64,000 nucleotides of DNA, taken from contig JAUXSN010000026.1 of assembly GCA_030679895.1 (NCBI GenBank), positions 24,661 through 88,660 on the forward strand, written 5' to 3'. The stretch comes from Candidatus Moraniibacteriota bacterium (GTDB lineage Bacteria; Patescibacteriota; Minisyncoccia; Moranbacterales; UBA11712). Shown here in pieces: positions 1 to 9,231 of this stretch. The notes under the pieces were generated by a model, which did no database searches, was not told the origin of the DNA, and was given only the letters and a program-made list of their open reading frames with translations. A program made the translations under genes and the position numbers. Every line of letters begins with the position of its first letter. Position 1 is the stretch's first letter.

Positions 1-2
1 TC

Positions 3-215
3 GCTCGCTTGAAAAAAGAAAAGATATCTGAAGTGATCATCGCCACCAATCCGACAACTGAAGGCGAAGCCACAGCTCTTTATTTAGCAAGGCTGATAAG
101 ACCTTTGAATATTAAAATCACCCGCCTGGCGCGAGGACTCCCGACAGGAGGAGACATCGAATACGCGGACGAAGCAACTTTAACAGGATCGCTAGAGGGA
201 AGAAAGGAGATGTGA
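3..215 (+). CDS. recR: Recombination protein RecR, C-terminal Toprim part (5' truncated by the window edge)
   Basis: ORF 9..215 reads [47 protein letters not shown], the conserved RecR Toprim C-terminus; the frame is open back to the window start. Confidence 0.8.
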   Translation, partial: ARLKKEKISEVIIATNPTTEGEATALYLARLIRPLNIKITRLARGLPTGGDIEYADEATLTGSLEGRKEM

Positions 216-275
216 AAAATATAAAATTCATTTGAAATTAAAAAACAGGCTCTCGATGCCCGTTTTTTATTTTAC

Positions 276-581
276 TTATATTTTCACTATCTCCACTTCC
301 GCCACTTGCTGCCGATGCCCGAATTTCACCTTATACCTTTTCTTTGCCTTGTGCTTTACGCCTGTTACTTTTTTGTCCTTTCCCTGCTTCAAAATCTTTC
401 CTTCAACTTTCGCTCCAGCAACAAAAGGCGCGCCGATCTTTACATCCTTTTCGCCGCCCTGAAAAAGCACTTCCGAAAATTCAACCTTATCTCCGACTTT
501 TCCTTCGATTTTTTCAATTTTGATCTTGTCCCCCTTTTTGACCAGATATTGCTTCCCGCCGGTTTTGATAACTGCTAGCAT
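276..581 (-). CDS. rplU: 50S ribosomal protein L21
   Basis: MLAVIKTGGKQYLVKKGDKIKIEKIEG is the canonical L21 N-terminus; 101 aa. Confidence 0.9.
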   Translation of the reverse strand: MLAVIKTGGKQYLVKKGDKIKIEKIEGKVGDKVEFSEVLFQGGEKDVKIGAPFVAGAKVEGKILKQGKDKKVTGVKHKAKKRYKVKFGHRQQVAEVEIVKI

Positions 582-645
582 AGTAAATTATTTGAAAATT
601 ACTTATTTAGACTATTAGAGTTTAGCGATTATGTCAAGAAAAAAA

Positions 646-718
646 GTGAACAGTGACCAACGATCAGTGATCAGTAATTTTGAAATATTGATCGCTGTTC
701 ACTGTTCACTGATCACTG
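646..718. repeat. Long imperfect palindrome of CAGTGATCA/CAGTGAACA words around an AT loop; overlaps the htrA stop and lies upstream of rplU
   Basis: Left arm gtgaacagtgaccaacgatcagtgatcag, loop taattttgaaata, right arm ttgatcgctgttcactgttcactgatcactg; a second copy of the same architecture is at 52790..52881. Confidence 0.7.
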
Positions 719-1927
719 TAAAGTCACCTTAATCTCCATCTCTTGCCCGTCTCTCGCGACCGTGATATTCAGTTCGTCTCCCGGCTTATATTTTGAAACA
801 AGATAAGCCAAGTTTTGTCCGGGATTGACTTCCTCGCCATTGACACTCAAAATTACGTCCGAAATGCGCAATCCCGCTTTGTCCGCCGGACTTCCGGAAA
901 TCACCGCGAGGCCCTGTTGGAGGCTGGGCGAATAGACAAGCGCTCCCCGGTCATATTTATTTCCTGTCAAATAAGAATTTTCCTTATCCAAGCTCAAATA
1001 GTATACTCCCAGGCTTCCCCTTTTTATGGCTCCATTTGCCAGATATTCGTCAATGAGATGCTCGATATGATTAACCGAAATAATGAAATATTGCCGGGTC
1101 TGATCCACTTTTTGAGATCCCAGAATGCCAACCACGTCTCCATTATAATCCGCCGCGGCCGCTCCGACCAAGTTTTCGTCTCCGAGATTGTCAAAAGCCA
1201 TATCGGTTAAAAAAACTCCCTGCAGTTTTTCGGATGTTGCCAAGGGTCCGGAAAGCGAGTATTGCTCGGCGAGCTGGCTGATTAATCCCGATTTATAAAC
1301 AATGCTGGCGTTGCTTTCGCCTCTTCCGATAGCGATAATCTTCGATCCCGTTTTTATATCTTCGGGTGCGATAAAGGACGCGGTAGGAAGATTTTCCGCC
1401 CCATCAACCTTGATGAAAGTCAAACCCGTAAAAGAATCAGTAAGGACCACTCTCCCTTCGAAAGATGTTCCGTCTGACGTGATAATCTTATATTTTGCCG
1501 GATCGGCTAAAATAGCTTCCTGATAAGTGATGATGAGTCCATCAGCAGTCGCGATAAGGCCGCTTCCGAATTTAGTTTGCCCGCTTTGATTGCTTTTTTT
1601 TGAAGAAACTCCGCTAGCGCTCTTTTGCGAGATAATTTCCACGACGCTTGATGCCGATTTATTTGAATAGCGGGAAATATTCTGCTCCTCGCTGACCGTA
1701 ACCTGCTCGGTTTTATTGACCACTACCACATTTTTGGTAGCCTTTTGAAGAAACTTGTATTTATTGAGCCACTTTGCCGTCGTGAGACGCGGGATAAGAG
1801 AGTAGTCGATAATCACGAGACTCGCGCCGGAAAGCGCGAATACCAACAAAACAAAAAAAGCAAACCTGATTATTCGCAGGCCCTTGCGAGACTTATGATC
1901 TTTTTCGCTTTTATTGTTTTCGTTCAT
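713..1927 (-). CDS. htrA: HtrA/DegP-family trypsin-like serine protease with C-terminal PDZ domain (N-terminal TM anchor)
   Basis: Trypsin-like core plus a PDZ-like C-terminus (GLRISDVILSVNGEEV). I moved the start to the ATG at 1927 (MNENNKSEK...), just after the upstream gene's stop at 1930; the track ORF 713..2113 overextends upstream. Confidence 0.8.
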   Translation of the reverse strand: MNENNKSEKDHKSRKGLRIIRFAFFVLLVFALSGASLVIIDYSLIPRLTTAKWLNKYKFLQKATKNVVVVNKTEQVTVSEEQNISRYSNKSASSVVEIISQKSASGVSSKKSNQSGQTKFGSGLIATADGLIITYQEAILADPAKYKIITSDGTSFEGRVVLTDSFTGLTFIKVDGAENLPTASFIAPEDIKTGSKIIAIGRGESNASIVYKSGLISQLAEQYSLSGPLATSEKLQGVFLTDMAFDNLGDENLVGAAAADYNGDVVGILGSQKVDQTRQYFIISVNHIEHLIDEYLANGAIKRGSLGVYYLSLDKENSYLTGNKYDRGALVYSPSLQQGLAVISGSPADKAGLRISDVILSVNGEEVNPGQNLAYLVSKYKPGDELNITVARDGQEMEIKVTLQ

Positions 1928-1929
1928 TG

Positions 1930-2673
1930 CTAGATTATCGGGTACCATTTGGTGCTCAAGAGTAAGATTGAGGCAGTCCCGGCCAAAAAAAATAAATTGA
2001 AAACTATTTTTCGAGCTGTTAGTTTTTCCGTAAAATAATTGCGGATAATATCCCAGCTGACGTAGTAGATTATGAGAGCAATAACTCCCGTTGTCAAGTA
2101 ACCGAAAGGCCAAAAATTTTGGATCCAGATAGCTCCCGCCATAAGATAAGCAAGATATACGGAATAGAGAACGCGCTGATAGCGGTTTATTTCAAGCTTA
2201 TTTATCATAATTAAGATATGCGAAACCAAAAAAGTAATTGCGGCAAAAACCGCCATAATATACCAAACTGACACCTGAATATTGAGATACCAGCCGTAAA
2301 CCGAAGTGTACCAGCAAAAAAGAGCGGCCAGCGCGGCCAAATTGACCATTGCCTTGGCTGTTTGATCCTTATCATATTTTCTCAACCGATAACCGGCCAA
2401 AATAGCCAGATAAAAAACGCCGCTTATGAGAAAAATGAATGCCTTGGCTTGGGCGGGAGAATCAATGAGCGGGAGAAGCAGGAGCGCTCCTACCGTCAAA
2501 AGAGCCAACAGAAAAAAGAAGCGGAAATTTCGAGCAATCAGCCTCACTCCGATTAATAACGCCGCCGCGAATATTCCGATAATCCAAAAAGCCCGGTCCG
2601 GATAATCAAAAACCAGCCAGAGCGCCGCCAGATTTATGAAACTTAAAAAAAAGACGCCGAATTCCCAAATCAT
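1930..2673 (-). CDS. Hypothetical polytopic membrane protein
   Basis: 247 aa with 6-7 predicted hydrophobic helices; no recognisable motif; co-directional and near-abutting htrA. Confidence 0.5.
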   Translation of the reverse strand: MIWEFGVFFLSFINLAALWLVFDYPDRAFWIIGIFAAALLIGVRLIARNFRFFFLLALLTVGALLLLPLIDSPAQAKAFIFLISGVFYLAILAGYRLRKYDKDQTAKAMVNLAALAALFCWYTSVYGWYLNIQVSVWYIMAVFAAITFLVSHILIMINKLEINRYQRVLYSVYLAYLMAGAIWIQNFWPFGYLTTGVIALIIYYVSWDIIRNYFTEKLTARKIVFNLFFLAGTASILLLSTKWYPII

Positions 2674-2682
2674 ATTTGCTAA

Positions 2683-5292
2683 TTACTGAATTACGATCTT
2701 ATCCTCTTTCGCGCCCACTTTTACTCTGTCTCCCTCTTTTATTTTCCCTTCCACAATCCGCAGCGCCAATTCGTCCAAAACCATACTTTGAATAGCCCGT
2801 TTTAGAGGACGGGCTCCGTATATCGGATCAAAACCGGATCGAGCCAGAAGATCTTCCGCTTCCGGACTGACATTCAGCTTGATATGTTTCTCCGAGAGCC
2901 TTTTGCGCACCAGATCCAATTGCATATCGACTATTTTTTTGATTTCACCCGTCCCAAGCGGATGGAAAATTATTATTTCATCCAAGCGATTCAAAAATTC
3001 CGGTTTGAATTTTTCGCGAAGAGACTGCATAACGCGATCTTTCATTTCTTCCTCCCGGAAGCCGAATTCTTTTACTTTTCCTTCTTGAAAACCGATTTCC
3101 TGCATTTTGTATATTATTTCCGATCCGACATTTGAAGTCATTACGATAACAGTGTTTTTGAAATTGACCATGCGGCCTTTCGCGTCGGTAAGGCGTCCGT
3201 CGTCGAGAATCTGTAGCAGAACATTGAAAACATCCGGATGGGCTTTTTCAATTTCGTCGAATAAAATCAGGCTGTACGGCCGGCGGCGCACTTTTTCCGT
3301 GAGCTGGCCGCCTTCCTCGTGGCCGATATAGCCGGGGGGAGACCCGATCATCTTTGCCACACTGTGCTGTTCCATATATTCGCTCATATCCACCCTGATC
3401 ATGGCATTTTCATCGTTAAAAAGAAATTCCGCCAAGGTTCTCGCCAGCTCGGTCTTGCCGACACCGGTCGGACCTAAAAATATAAAAGACCCGATTGGCT
3501 TATTTTCTTCGCCGATTCCGGCTCGTGATCTTCGAAGAGCATTCGCTACCGATTTTATGGCTTCGTTTTGACCGACAATCCGCATCTTCAGTTTTTCTTC
3601 CGCTTTAGCCAATTTTTCCATCTCGCCCTCAAGCATTTTGGAAACCGGTATTCCTGTCCAGCGCGATACCGCCCGGGCGATGTCTTCTTCGGTCACTTCT
3701 TCCTTGAGGATGGGATTTTTGCTCTGAATGGCCGTTAACTTTTTTTGTTCGGCTCTGATTTTTTTCTCCAGCTCCGGAATTTTTCCATAGCGGATTTCAG
3801 CTACCCGGCTCAATTCGCCTTGCTGTTCAAAAATATCCGATTCTCCCCGCAGCCGCTCCATTTCACTTTTATGCGAACGGATGTTCGTTATCAATTCTTT
3901 CTCGCTTTTCCACTGCAATTTCCATTTGTTGGCTCTCTCATTTATATCAGCCAGCCTTCTTCCGATATCTTTCAATTTATCTTTCACTCCTTTGTTTTTT
4001 TCTTTTTTAAGGCCTTCTTTCTCGATTTCAAGCCGCCTTTTTTGCCTATCCAGGTCGTCAATTTCCGCGGGCAAACTGTCAATCTCCATCCGGAGAGCCG
4101 ACGCCGCCTCGTCAACAAGATCCACAGCCTTGTCCGGCAGATTTCGATCGGCAATATAACGGCTGGAAAGCCGGGCCGCCGCGATGATCGCTTCGTCCGT
4201 CACCCGGACTCCATGATGAATTTCGTATTTTTCTTTGAGACCCCGGAGAATAGCGATTGTGTCTTCAATAGAAGGCTCATTGACATAAACCGGCTGGAAT
4301 CTTCGCTCCAAAGCCGCGTCTCGTTCAATATAGCGCTGATATTCCTTGAGAGTCGTCGCGCCGATAGCCCGGATCTTTCCGCGGGCCAAAGCCGGCTTGA
4401 TCATATTGGACGCGTCCATAGTCCCTTCCATGGCTCCGGCGCCGACAAGGGTGTGCAACTCATCAATAAAGAGGATATATTTTCCCGCTGACTTTTCTAT
4501 TTCGGAAAGAACCGCTTTGAACCTTTCCTCAAATTCACCTCTGAACTTGGAACCGGCAAGGAGCAAACCCAGATCCAGCATCAGTATTTCTTTTCCCTTG
4601 AGGCTTTCCGGGACGTCGGAGGAGATAATCCTTTGCGCCAATCCTTCCGCAATCGCGGTTTTTCCTGTTCCCGCTTCGCCGATAAGTACCGGGTTATTTT
4701 TTGTCCGGCGCGTCAGGACCTGCATCACCCTTCGGATTTCTTCCTCGCGGCCAATCACAGGATCCAGCTTCTTTTCGGCCGCTTCTTTGGTCAAATTTAT
4801 CGTATATTTTTCCAGAACTTGGTATTTTCCTTCCGGCGTCGGACTGTCCACCCGTTGATTTCCCCTCACTTCTTTCATAATTTTGAGCGCTATTTCAATA
4901 TTAACTTTATTTTCTTCGAGTATTTTCTTGGCGCGGCTCGGCACAGTAAGCAAAGCCAGAAAAAGATGTTCCGTGCTGATAAACTCATCTCCAAGATTTT
5001 GGGCCTGCTTGAAGCCTTCCTGAAGAATGCCGGCCATTTCGGAAGAAAGATAGAATTGTGGCGCCCCCGTCACTTTCGGTATTTTCTCAATTTCCGAAAA
5101 AACCCTTTCCTTAAGCTTTTTATTGTCTATCTCCAGCTTGTTGATAATCGTCGGCACTATGCTTTCCGCTTGCCCCAGGAGGACATAGAACAAATGCAAA
5201 ACATCCACCACATTTTGTTGTTGGGCCTGGGAAATCTGCTGGGCTCCCTGAAGAGCTTCTTGCGACTTTAAAGTAAGTTTATTTAAATCCAT
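2683..5292 (-). CDS. clpB: ATP-dependent chaperone ClpB (two AAA+ modules and middle coiled-coil)
   Basis: 869 aa with Clp N-domain, GEAGTGKT and GPTGVGKT Walker A motifs and a long middle domain. Confidence 0.95.
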   Translation of the reverse strand: MDLNKLTLKSQEALQGAQQISQAQQQNVVDVLHLFYVLLGQAESIVPTIINKLEIDNKKLKERVFSEIEKIPKVTGAPQFYLSSEMAGILQEGFKQAQNLGDEFISTEHLFLALLTVPSRAKKILEENKVNIEIALKIMKEVRGNQRVDSPTPEGKYQVLEKYTINLTKEAAEKKLDPVIGREEEIRRVMQVLTRRTKNNPVLIGEAGTGKTAIAEGLAQRIISSDVPESLKGKEILMLDLGLLLAGSKFRGEFEERFKAVLSEIEKSAGKYILFIDELHTLVGAGAMEGTMDASNMIKPALARGKIRAIGATTLKEYQRYIERDAALERRFQPVYVNEPSIEDTIAILRGLKEKYEIHHGVRVTDEAIIAAARLSSRYIADRNLPDKAVDLVDEAASALRMEIDSLPAEIDDLDRQKRRLEIEKEGLKKEKNKGVKDKLKDIGRRLADINERANKWKLQWKSEKELITNIRSHKSEMERLRGESDIFEQQGELSRVAEIRYGKIPELEKKIRAEQKKLTAIQSKNPILKEEVTEEDIARAVSRWTGIPVSKMLEGEMEKLAKAEEKLKMRIVGQNEAIKSVANALRRSRAGIGEENKPIGSFIFLGPTGVGKTELARTLAEFLFNDENAMIRVDMSEYMEQHSVAKMIGSPPGYIGHEEGGQLTEKVRRRPYSLILFDEIEKAHPDVFNVLLQILDDGRLTDAKGRMVNFKNTVIVMTSNVGSEIIYKMQEIGFQEGKVKEFGFREEEMKDRVMQSLREKFKPEFLNRLDEIIIFHPLGTGEIKKIVDMQLDLVRKRLSEKHIKLNVSPEAEDLLARSGFDPIYGARPLKRAIQSMVLDELALRIVEGKIKEGDRVKVGAKEDKIVIQ

Positions 5293-5341
5293 AATTTAAA
5301 ATTTCTCCCCTGCCCGAAGGGTGGAGGGGTGGAAGCTGTTA

Positions 5342-5368
5342 TTAGCACTCTCGTCATCCGAGTGCTAG
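5342..5368. promoter_or_regulatory. CIRCE inverted repeat (HrcA operator) in the clpB leader
   Basis: TTAGCACTC-tcgtcatcc-GAGTGCTAG against the consensus TTAGCACTC-N9-GAGTGCTAA; 17/18 arm positions match; 50-76 nt upstream of the clpB ATG. Confidence 0.85.
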
Positions 5369-5371
5369 TTT

Positions 5372-5399
5372 ATTATAGCTTTTCAGCGTGATCTGTCAA
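5372..5399 (-). promoter_or_regulatory. Sigma70-type promoter (TTGACA-16-TATAAT on the minus strand) just upstream of the CIRCE, driving clpB
   Basis: The minus strand reads cTTGACAgatcacgctgaaaagcTATAATaaa followed 3 nt later by CIRCE. Confidence 0.7.
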
Positions 5400-5477
5400 G
5401 ACTTACTACGCAACGCGCCCGATTCTATTTTTCCCAATATTCAATGTTGGGTGGCTGTATGCTGAGTTGGGTTTAGG

Positions 5478-5741
5478 TTATAGCACGGCTCTATTCAGAA
5501 TATTTTCTATTACCCAATATTTATAATCGCCGATATCAAAATACGTATATTGTTTAGAATAAAACTTTGCAGTATAGCCGTTCTTTTTTATAAACTTATC
5601 GAATACATCAAAGATCTTTTTATCATTTTCAGATAAATTATCCCTCACAATGTAGTGGTGCGGTATCTCGGACATAGTTTTTGCGAATAACCACTCATTT
5701 TTTTCAACTAGTTTGCAAAACTTTTTATCAATACACTGCAT
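5478..5741 (-). CDS. Hypothetical small protein (87 aa), second gene of a two-gene mini-operon
   Basis: Its ATG lies 5 nt after the stop of the 68-aa ORF upstream (TAAacattATG), which suggests translational coupling. Confidence 0.4.
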   Translation of the reverse strand: MQCIDKKFCKLVEKNEWLFAKTMSEIPHHYIVRDNLSENDKKIFDVFDKFIKKNGYTAKFYSKQYTYFDIGDYKYWVIENILNRAVL

Positions 5742-5746
5742 AATGT

Positions 5747-5953
5747 TTAAATTTCAAATTTATCCGGTATTTCAGACAATGGATTATCCGAGTCTATCCT
5801 CACGGTGATCGAATCTTCTTTTTTGCGCTTGGAAACAAACTTGATTCCCTTGATAAAAGACATGGTTTGTTCGTTGTTTTGTTTTTTCAAGATTTGATAG
5901 ATGCCAGCTTCAATCCTTGCCCATATACTATCAAGAATATATGCGGAAAGCAA
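5747..5953 (-). CDS. Hypothetical small protein (68 aa)
   Basis: ORF abuts the RhuM-like gene and is coupled to the 87-aa ORF; no recognised motif. Confidence 0.35.
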   Translation of the reverse strand: MLSAYILDSIWARIEAGIYQILKKQNNEQTMSFIKGIKFVSKRKKEDSITVRIDSDNPLSEIPDKFEI

Positions 5954-5998
5954 AAATACTGCCGTAAAAAGCAGTACATTTTCCTGATAAACAAAGGC

Positions 5999-6604
5999 CT
6001 ATTCCTTCTTTTTCAACAACTTTTTCACTTCCCGATCGAAATCGGAGATATAATTTTTGTCCTGTTTTTTGCGATATTTTTCGAATTCTTTCAATGCCAG
6101 CGTTTCCGCCACTTCATGGCTGATTTTTCCCGCATTCATCAATATCTCATATTCGCTGAATTTCAAAAAAGCGTTCAGTTTTTTTATCCAGTCTTTCATG
6201 GTCATCACTCTGCCGCGCGCCGCTTGCAACTCGGCGTAATCAAGATACATATTGCCGATGCTGTTGAGATGAGCTAGTTCCTTTTTGTCCAAATAATTTT
6301 TGGCAATCACCGCGTCACTTGGCATGATTTTCCCCTGTGGAGAGCGCCGCCAGGAAGTCAATCCCATTTTTTCTTTTTGAACTTGTAAGAAATCTTTACA
6401 AGTTGCCAGTTCATCCAATTCACCTTCCGTATAAATATTCCTAAGATGCTGGGTAATATTTTGAGGTGTCGTATCAAAAAGCTCCGCCATACGTTTTTGC
6501 GGCAACCAAATATTTTCTTCAGCATAAAGCACCTCGATATTAACCGACCCATCCGGCGCCTGATAAAAAGCGATTTGATTGTCCGGTATCTTTTTTCTTT
6601 TCAT
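5999..6604 (-). CDS. RhuM-family (virulence protein RhuM / Fic-Doc-associated) DNA-binding protein, short form
   Basis: N-terminus IAFYQAPDGSVNIEVLYAEENIWLPQKRMAELFDTTPQNITQHLRNIYTEGEL and C-terminus LAHLNSIGNMYLDYAELQAARGRVMTMKDWIKKLNAFLKFSEYEILMNAGKISHEVAE match the RhuM family signature as I remember it. Confidence 0.65.
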   Translation of the reverse strand: MKRKKIPDNQIAFYQAPDGSVNIEVLYAEENIWLPQKRMAELFDTTPQNITQHLRNIYTEGELDELATCKDFLQVQKEKMGLTSWRRSPQGKIMPSDAVIAKNYLDKKELAHLNSIGNMYLDYAELQAARGRVMTMKDWIKKLNAFLKFSEYEILMNAGKISHEVAETLALKEFEKYRKKQDKNYISDFDREVKKLLKKKE

Positions 6605-6635
6605 GGATTAATTAAGTCATATTTTTACCTCGTAT

Positions 6636-7256
6636 CTACCCTATCAACGGCACAAAAGCGAACCCCGGAAATTCTTCTTCGCGGAATTCTTTCGCAGATA
6701 TTTTTTCAAAAACCCAGATGCTGTTTTCAATGGGGATGACTAACCGCCCGCCAACGGCCAGTTGTTTTTTGAGATCTTTCGGAACTTCCGAAGCCGCGGC
6801 TGACACCAGTATTCTTTTATAGGGCGCTTCGTTTACATAACCCTTTGTGCCATCGGCGCAAATTATTTTGGCTCTCCCCCCTTCTATCAAGTGATATTTG
6901 CTAAGATTATTTATCCCGAAATCGCGAAGACTTTTGATTCTTTCCAGGCCGACCACTTTTCCATGCTTGCCGACAATATGCGCGAGAAGCGCGGTTGTCC
7001 ACCCCGAACCGGAACCGACATCGAGAACTTTATCGCCCGGCTGGGACCCAAGTTTTTCCAGCATAAAAGCCACGGTGAGTGGCTGGGAAATTGTCTGGCC
7101 TTGCCCGATGGGAAGCGGAATATTCGCCTGCGCCGCCGACTGCAGATCGTCCGGTAAAAAATCAATCCGCTTTATTTTTGAAAAAGCCTCGATAACGCGG
7201 TCGGTTTTGAGATAGCCTTGATAGATAAGATCGCGGACAAGAGAATCCATATGCAA
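6636..7256 (-). CDS. pcm: Protein-L-isoaspartate O-methyltransferase
   Basis: GQGQTISQP motif and the SAM-binding LDVGSGSGW; 206 aa. Confidence 0.85.
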   Translation of the reverse strand: MHMDSLVRDLIYQGYLKTDRVIEAFSKIKRIDFLPDDLQSAAQANIPLPIGQGQTISQPLTVAFMLEKLGSQPGDKVLDVGSGSGWTTALLAHIVGKHGKVVGLERIKSLRDFGINNLSKYHLIEGGRAKIICADGTKGYVNEAPYKRILVSAAASEVPKDLKKQLAVGGRLVIPIENSIWVFEKISAKEFREEEFPGFAFVPLIG

Positions 7257-7257
7257 T

Positions 7258-7410
7258 AAAATCTAAATATCAAAATCCAAATGTTCCCGCTAAAGCGGGA
7301 TCCCGCCGTGGCGGTGACAAATCAAGCTCAAAATCTAAAATCTAAAAAATCTTGACATTTGGATTTTTGATTTGATTTGACATTTGAGCTTTGGATTTTT
7401 GATTTCCAAG
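7258..7410. repeat. Composite intergenic repeat: inverted caaaatc/gattttg arms around a GC double hairpin (7286..7319)
   Basis: tatcaaaatccaaatgtt...acatttggatttttgat arms flank cccgctaaagcgggatcccgccgtggcggtgaca; the same double hairpin occurs reverse-complemented at 11219..11252. Confidence 0.7.
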
Positions 7411-7851
7411 TTATTCGCCGATAACTTGAACTATAATATTTCTCTTCCTTCCCCCATCCAGTTCGACCATGAAAATATTCTGCCTTTCTCCCAAAAGCAG
7501 CTTGCCCTCTTCAATCGGAACCGCCTCGCTCACGCCCAAAATCAAATTTTTACAATGGCTGTGGCCGTTGCTCCTTCCATCCGATTTCAATCCGGACTTG
7601 AGTTCAAAAAGATCGTGCGAATATCTCTCATCAATCGGAACAAGTTTATAAAGCAGCCGCTGAAAATCCTGCATAAGCAAGGATTCGTTTTGATTGATTG
7701 AAATACCGACAGTAGTATGGGGAGAAAACACCAGAACCTGGCCGTTCTTTATCTTCGACTCTTTTACCGCTTCTTCAACTTCGTGAGTGATGTCAATAAA
7801 TTCAATCTGGCTGTGGGATTCTTTTTCGATTTTTTGTTTGTATATCTTCAT
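7411..7851 (-). CDS. yjbQ: YjbQ/UPF0047 family protein (secondary thiamine-phosphate synthase-like)
   Basis: ITHEVEEAV...NGQVLVFSPHTTVGISINQNE matches the YjbQ family core. Confidence 0.7.
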   Translation of the reverse strand: MKIYKQKIEKESHSQIEFIDITHEVEEAVKESKIKNGQVLVFSPHTTVGISINQNESLLMQDFQRLLYKLVPIDERYSHDLFELKSGLKSDGRSNGHSHCKNLILGVSEAVPIEEGKLLLGERQNIFMVELDGGRKRNIIVQVIGE

Positions 7852-7961
7852 AATGCTAAATAAGAAATTAAATATAAGAAAGAAAAAATAAATAGTAGAA
7901 ATAAGAAAGAAAAATATTTTTAATCTCTTATTTTTATATCTTCTTTTTTATATTTCATATC

Positions 7962-9074
7962 TTATTTAAACATTCCCGCCACCGCCTTTGTCACCCTTCT
8001 ATCCAGCACCTCTGGCACTATTTTATCGTACTTTGGCTTTTTTACCAAGCCGGCAATCGCTTCAGCCGCTTTTATCTTTATTTTGTCCGTGATAAATCGC
8101 GTTCTCGTGTCCAGCGCGCCTCGAAAAATTCCGGGGAAAACGAGGGCATTATTGATTTGATTGGGAAAATCGCTCCGACCCGTCGCAACTATCAACGCTC
8201 CTCCAGATTTGGCTTCTTTATAGGATATTTCGGGAACAGGATTGCTCATCGCGAAAACAACGGCATCTTTATTCATCTTTTGAATATCGTCGGCTTTCAA
8301 TAAATTCGGCGCTGAAACACCGATGAAAATATCCGCCCCGACCAGCGCGTTTCCTAAGTTGCCTTTGTATTTTTCCCGATTGGTTATTTGGGAGATTTTC
8401 TTTTTCTCTTCGTTTCCGCCGATATTTCGGCCATGATAAATCGCTCCTTTACTGTCAAAGGTAATAATATTTTTTGCCCCGTATTTCAAAAGCAGTTTCG
8501 TGATCGCAATCCCCGCCGCTCCCGCCCCCGAGATTACTATTTTTATATTTTTTATATCTTTTCCGACAACTTTTAGAGCGTTGATGAACCCGGCCAGTAC
8601 CGCAATAGCCGTTCCATGCTGATCATCATGAAAAACGGGAATGTCAAGTTCCTCGATCAAGCGCCGCTCTATCTCAAAGCATCTCGGCGCGGAAATATCC
8701 TCCAAATTTATCCCGCCGAATGTCGGTGCGATATATTTTACGGCTTTTATTATTTCTTCGGTATCTTGAGTCGCCAAAACAATCGGCACCGCGTCAACTC
8801 CGCTCAACTCTTTGAACAAAGCTACTTTCCCCTCCATCACCGGCAAGGCCGCTTCCGGACCCAGGTTTCCCAAACCCAAAACAGCGCTGCCATCCGAAAC
8901 GATCGCCACGCTGTTTTTTTTCCAGGTAAGGTCGTATACTTTCTTTTTATTTTTCGCAATGGCTCTTGAAAGTTCGGCCACACCGGGAGTATAGATTATC
9001 GGTAAATTACGCTTAGTTAATTTAAATTTACTTTTAATTTCAATTTTTGAGCCTAAAATTTTTTTCACTTCCAA
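7962..9074 (-). CDS. NAD(P)-dependent malic enzyme (short, MaeB N-terminal type)
   Basis: IYTPGVAELSRAIA, VVISGAGAAGIA Rossmann motif and FHDDQHGTA typical of malic enzymes; 370 aa. Confidence 0.8.
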   Translation of the reverse strand: MEVKKILGSKIEIKSKFKLTKRNLPIIYTPGVAELSRAIAKNKKKVYDLTWKKNSVAIVSDGSAVLGLGNLGPEAALPVMEGKVALFKELSGVDAVPIVLATQDTEEIIKAVKYIAPTFGGINLEDISAPRCFEIERRLIEELDIPVFHDDQHGTAIAVLAGFINALKVVGKDIKNIKIVISGAGAAGIAITKLLLKYGAKNIITFDSKGAIYHGRNIGGNEEKKKISQITNREKYKGNLGNALVGADIFIGVSAPNLLKADDIQKMNKDAVVFAMSNPVPEISYKEAKSGGALIVATGRSDFPNQINNALVFPGIFRGALDTRTRFITDKIKIKAAEAIAGLVKKPKYDKIVPEVLDRRVTKAVAGMFK

Positions 9075-9197
9075 TTTTCAATTTTCAATGATCAATTTTC
9101 AAACAATTTACAATGATCAATTTTCAAACAAATTCGCATTGTTAATTGAAAATTGAAAATTCATTGAAAATTGTAAATTGATAATTGAAAATTTTTA
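9071..9197. repeat. About 125 nt palindromic array of tandem AATTTTCAA units (left) and TTGAAAATT units (right) in the promoter region of the malic-enzyme gene
   Basis: ccaattttcaattttcaatgatcaattttcaaac...ttaattgaaaattgaaaattcattgaaaattg; the same unit arrays flank GC hairpins at 11127..11285 and 15756..15861. Confidence 0.7.
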
Positions 9198-9231
9198 ATA
9201 AAAATACTGAAAATAATCCTCAAATAGCACA

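Noticed and set aside
232-578. Plus-strand ORFs 232..462 and 306..578
   Set aside because: They are antisense to the well-conserved rplU and have low-complexity composition.
5999-6604. Possible frameshift in the RhuM-like gene (the middle region is shorter than canonical RhuM)
   Set aside because: I translated the alternative frames around 6300..6370. They hit stops immediately and the annotated frame is continuous, so the protein is a naturally short variant. The overlapping ORF 6358..6552 is spurious.
9071-9197. CRISPR array
   Set aside because: The tandem units are 9-10 nt, AT-rich, degenerate and arranged as inverted halves. There are no unique spacers of regular length and no cas genes, so this is not CRISPR.
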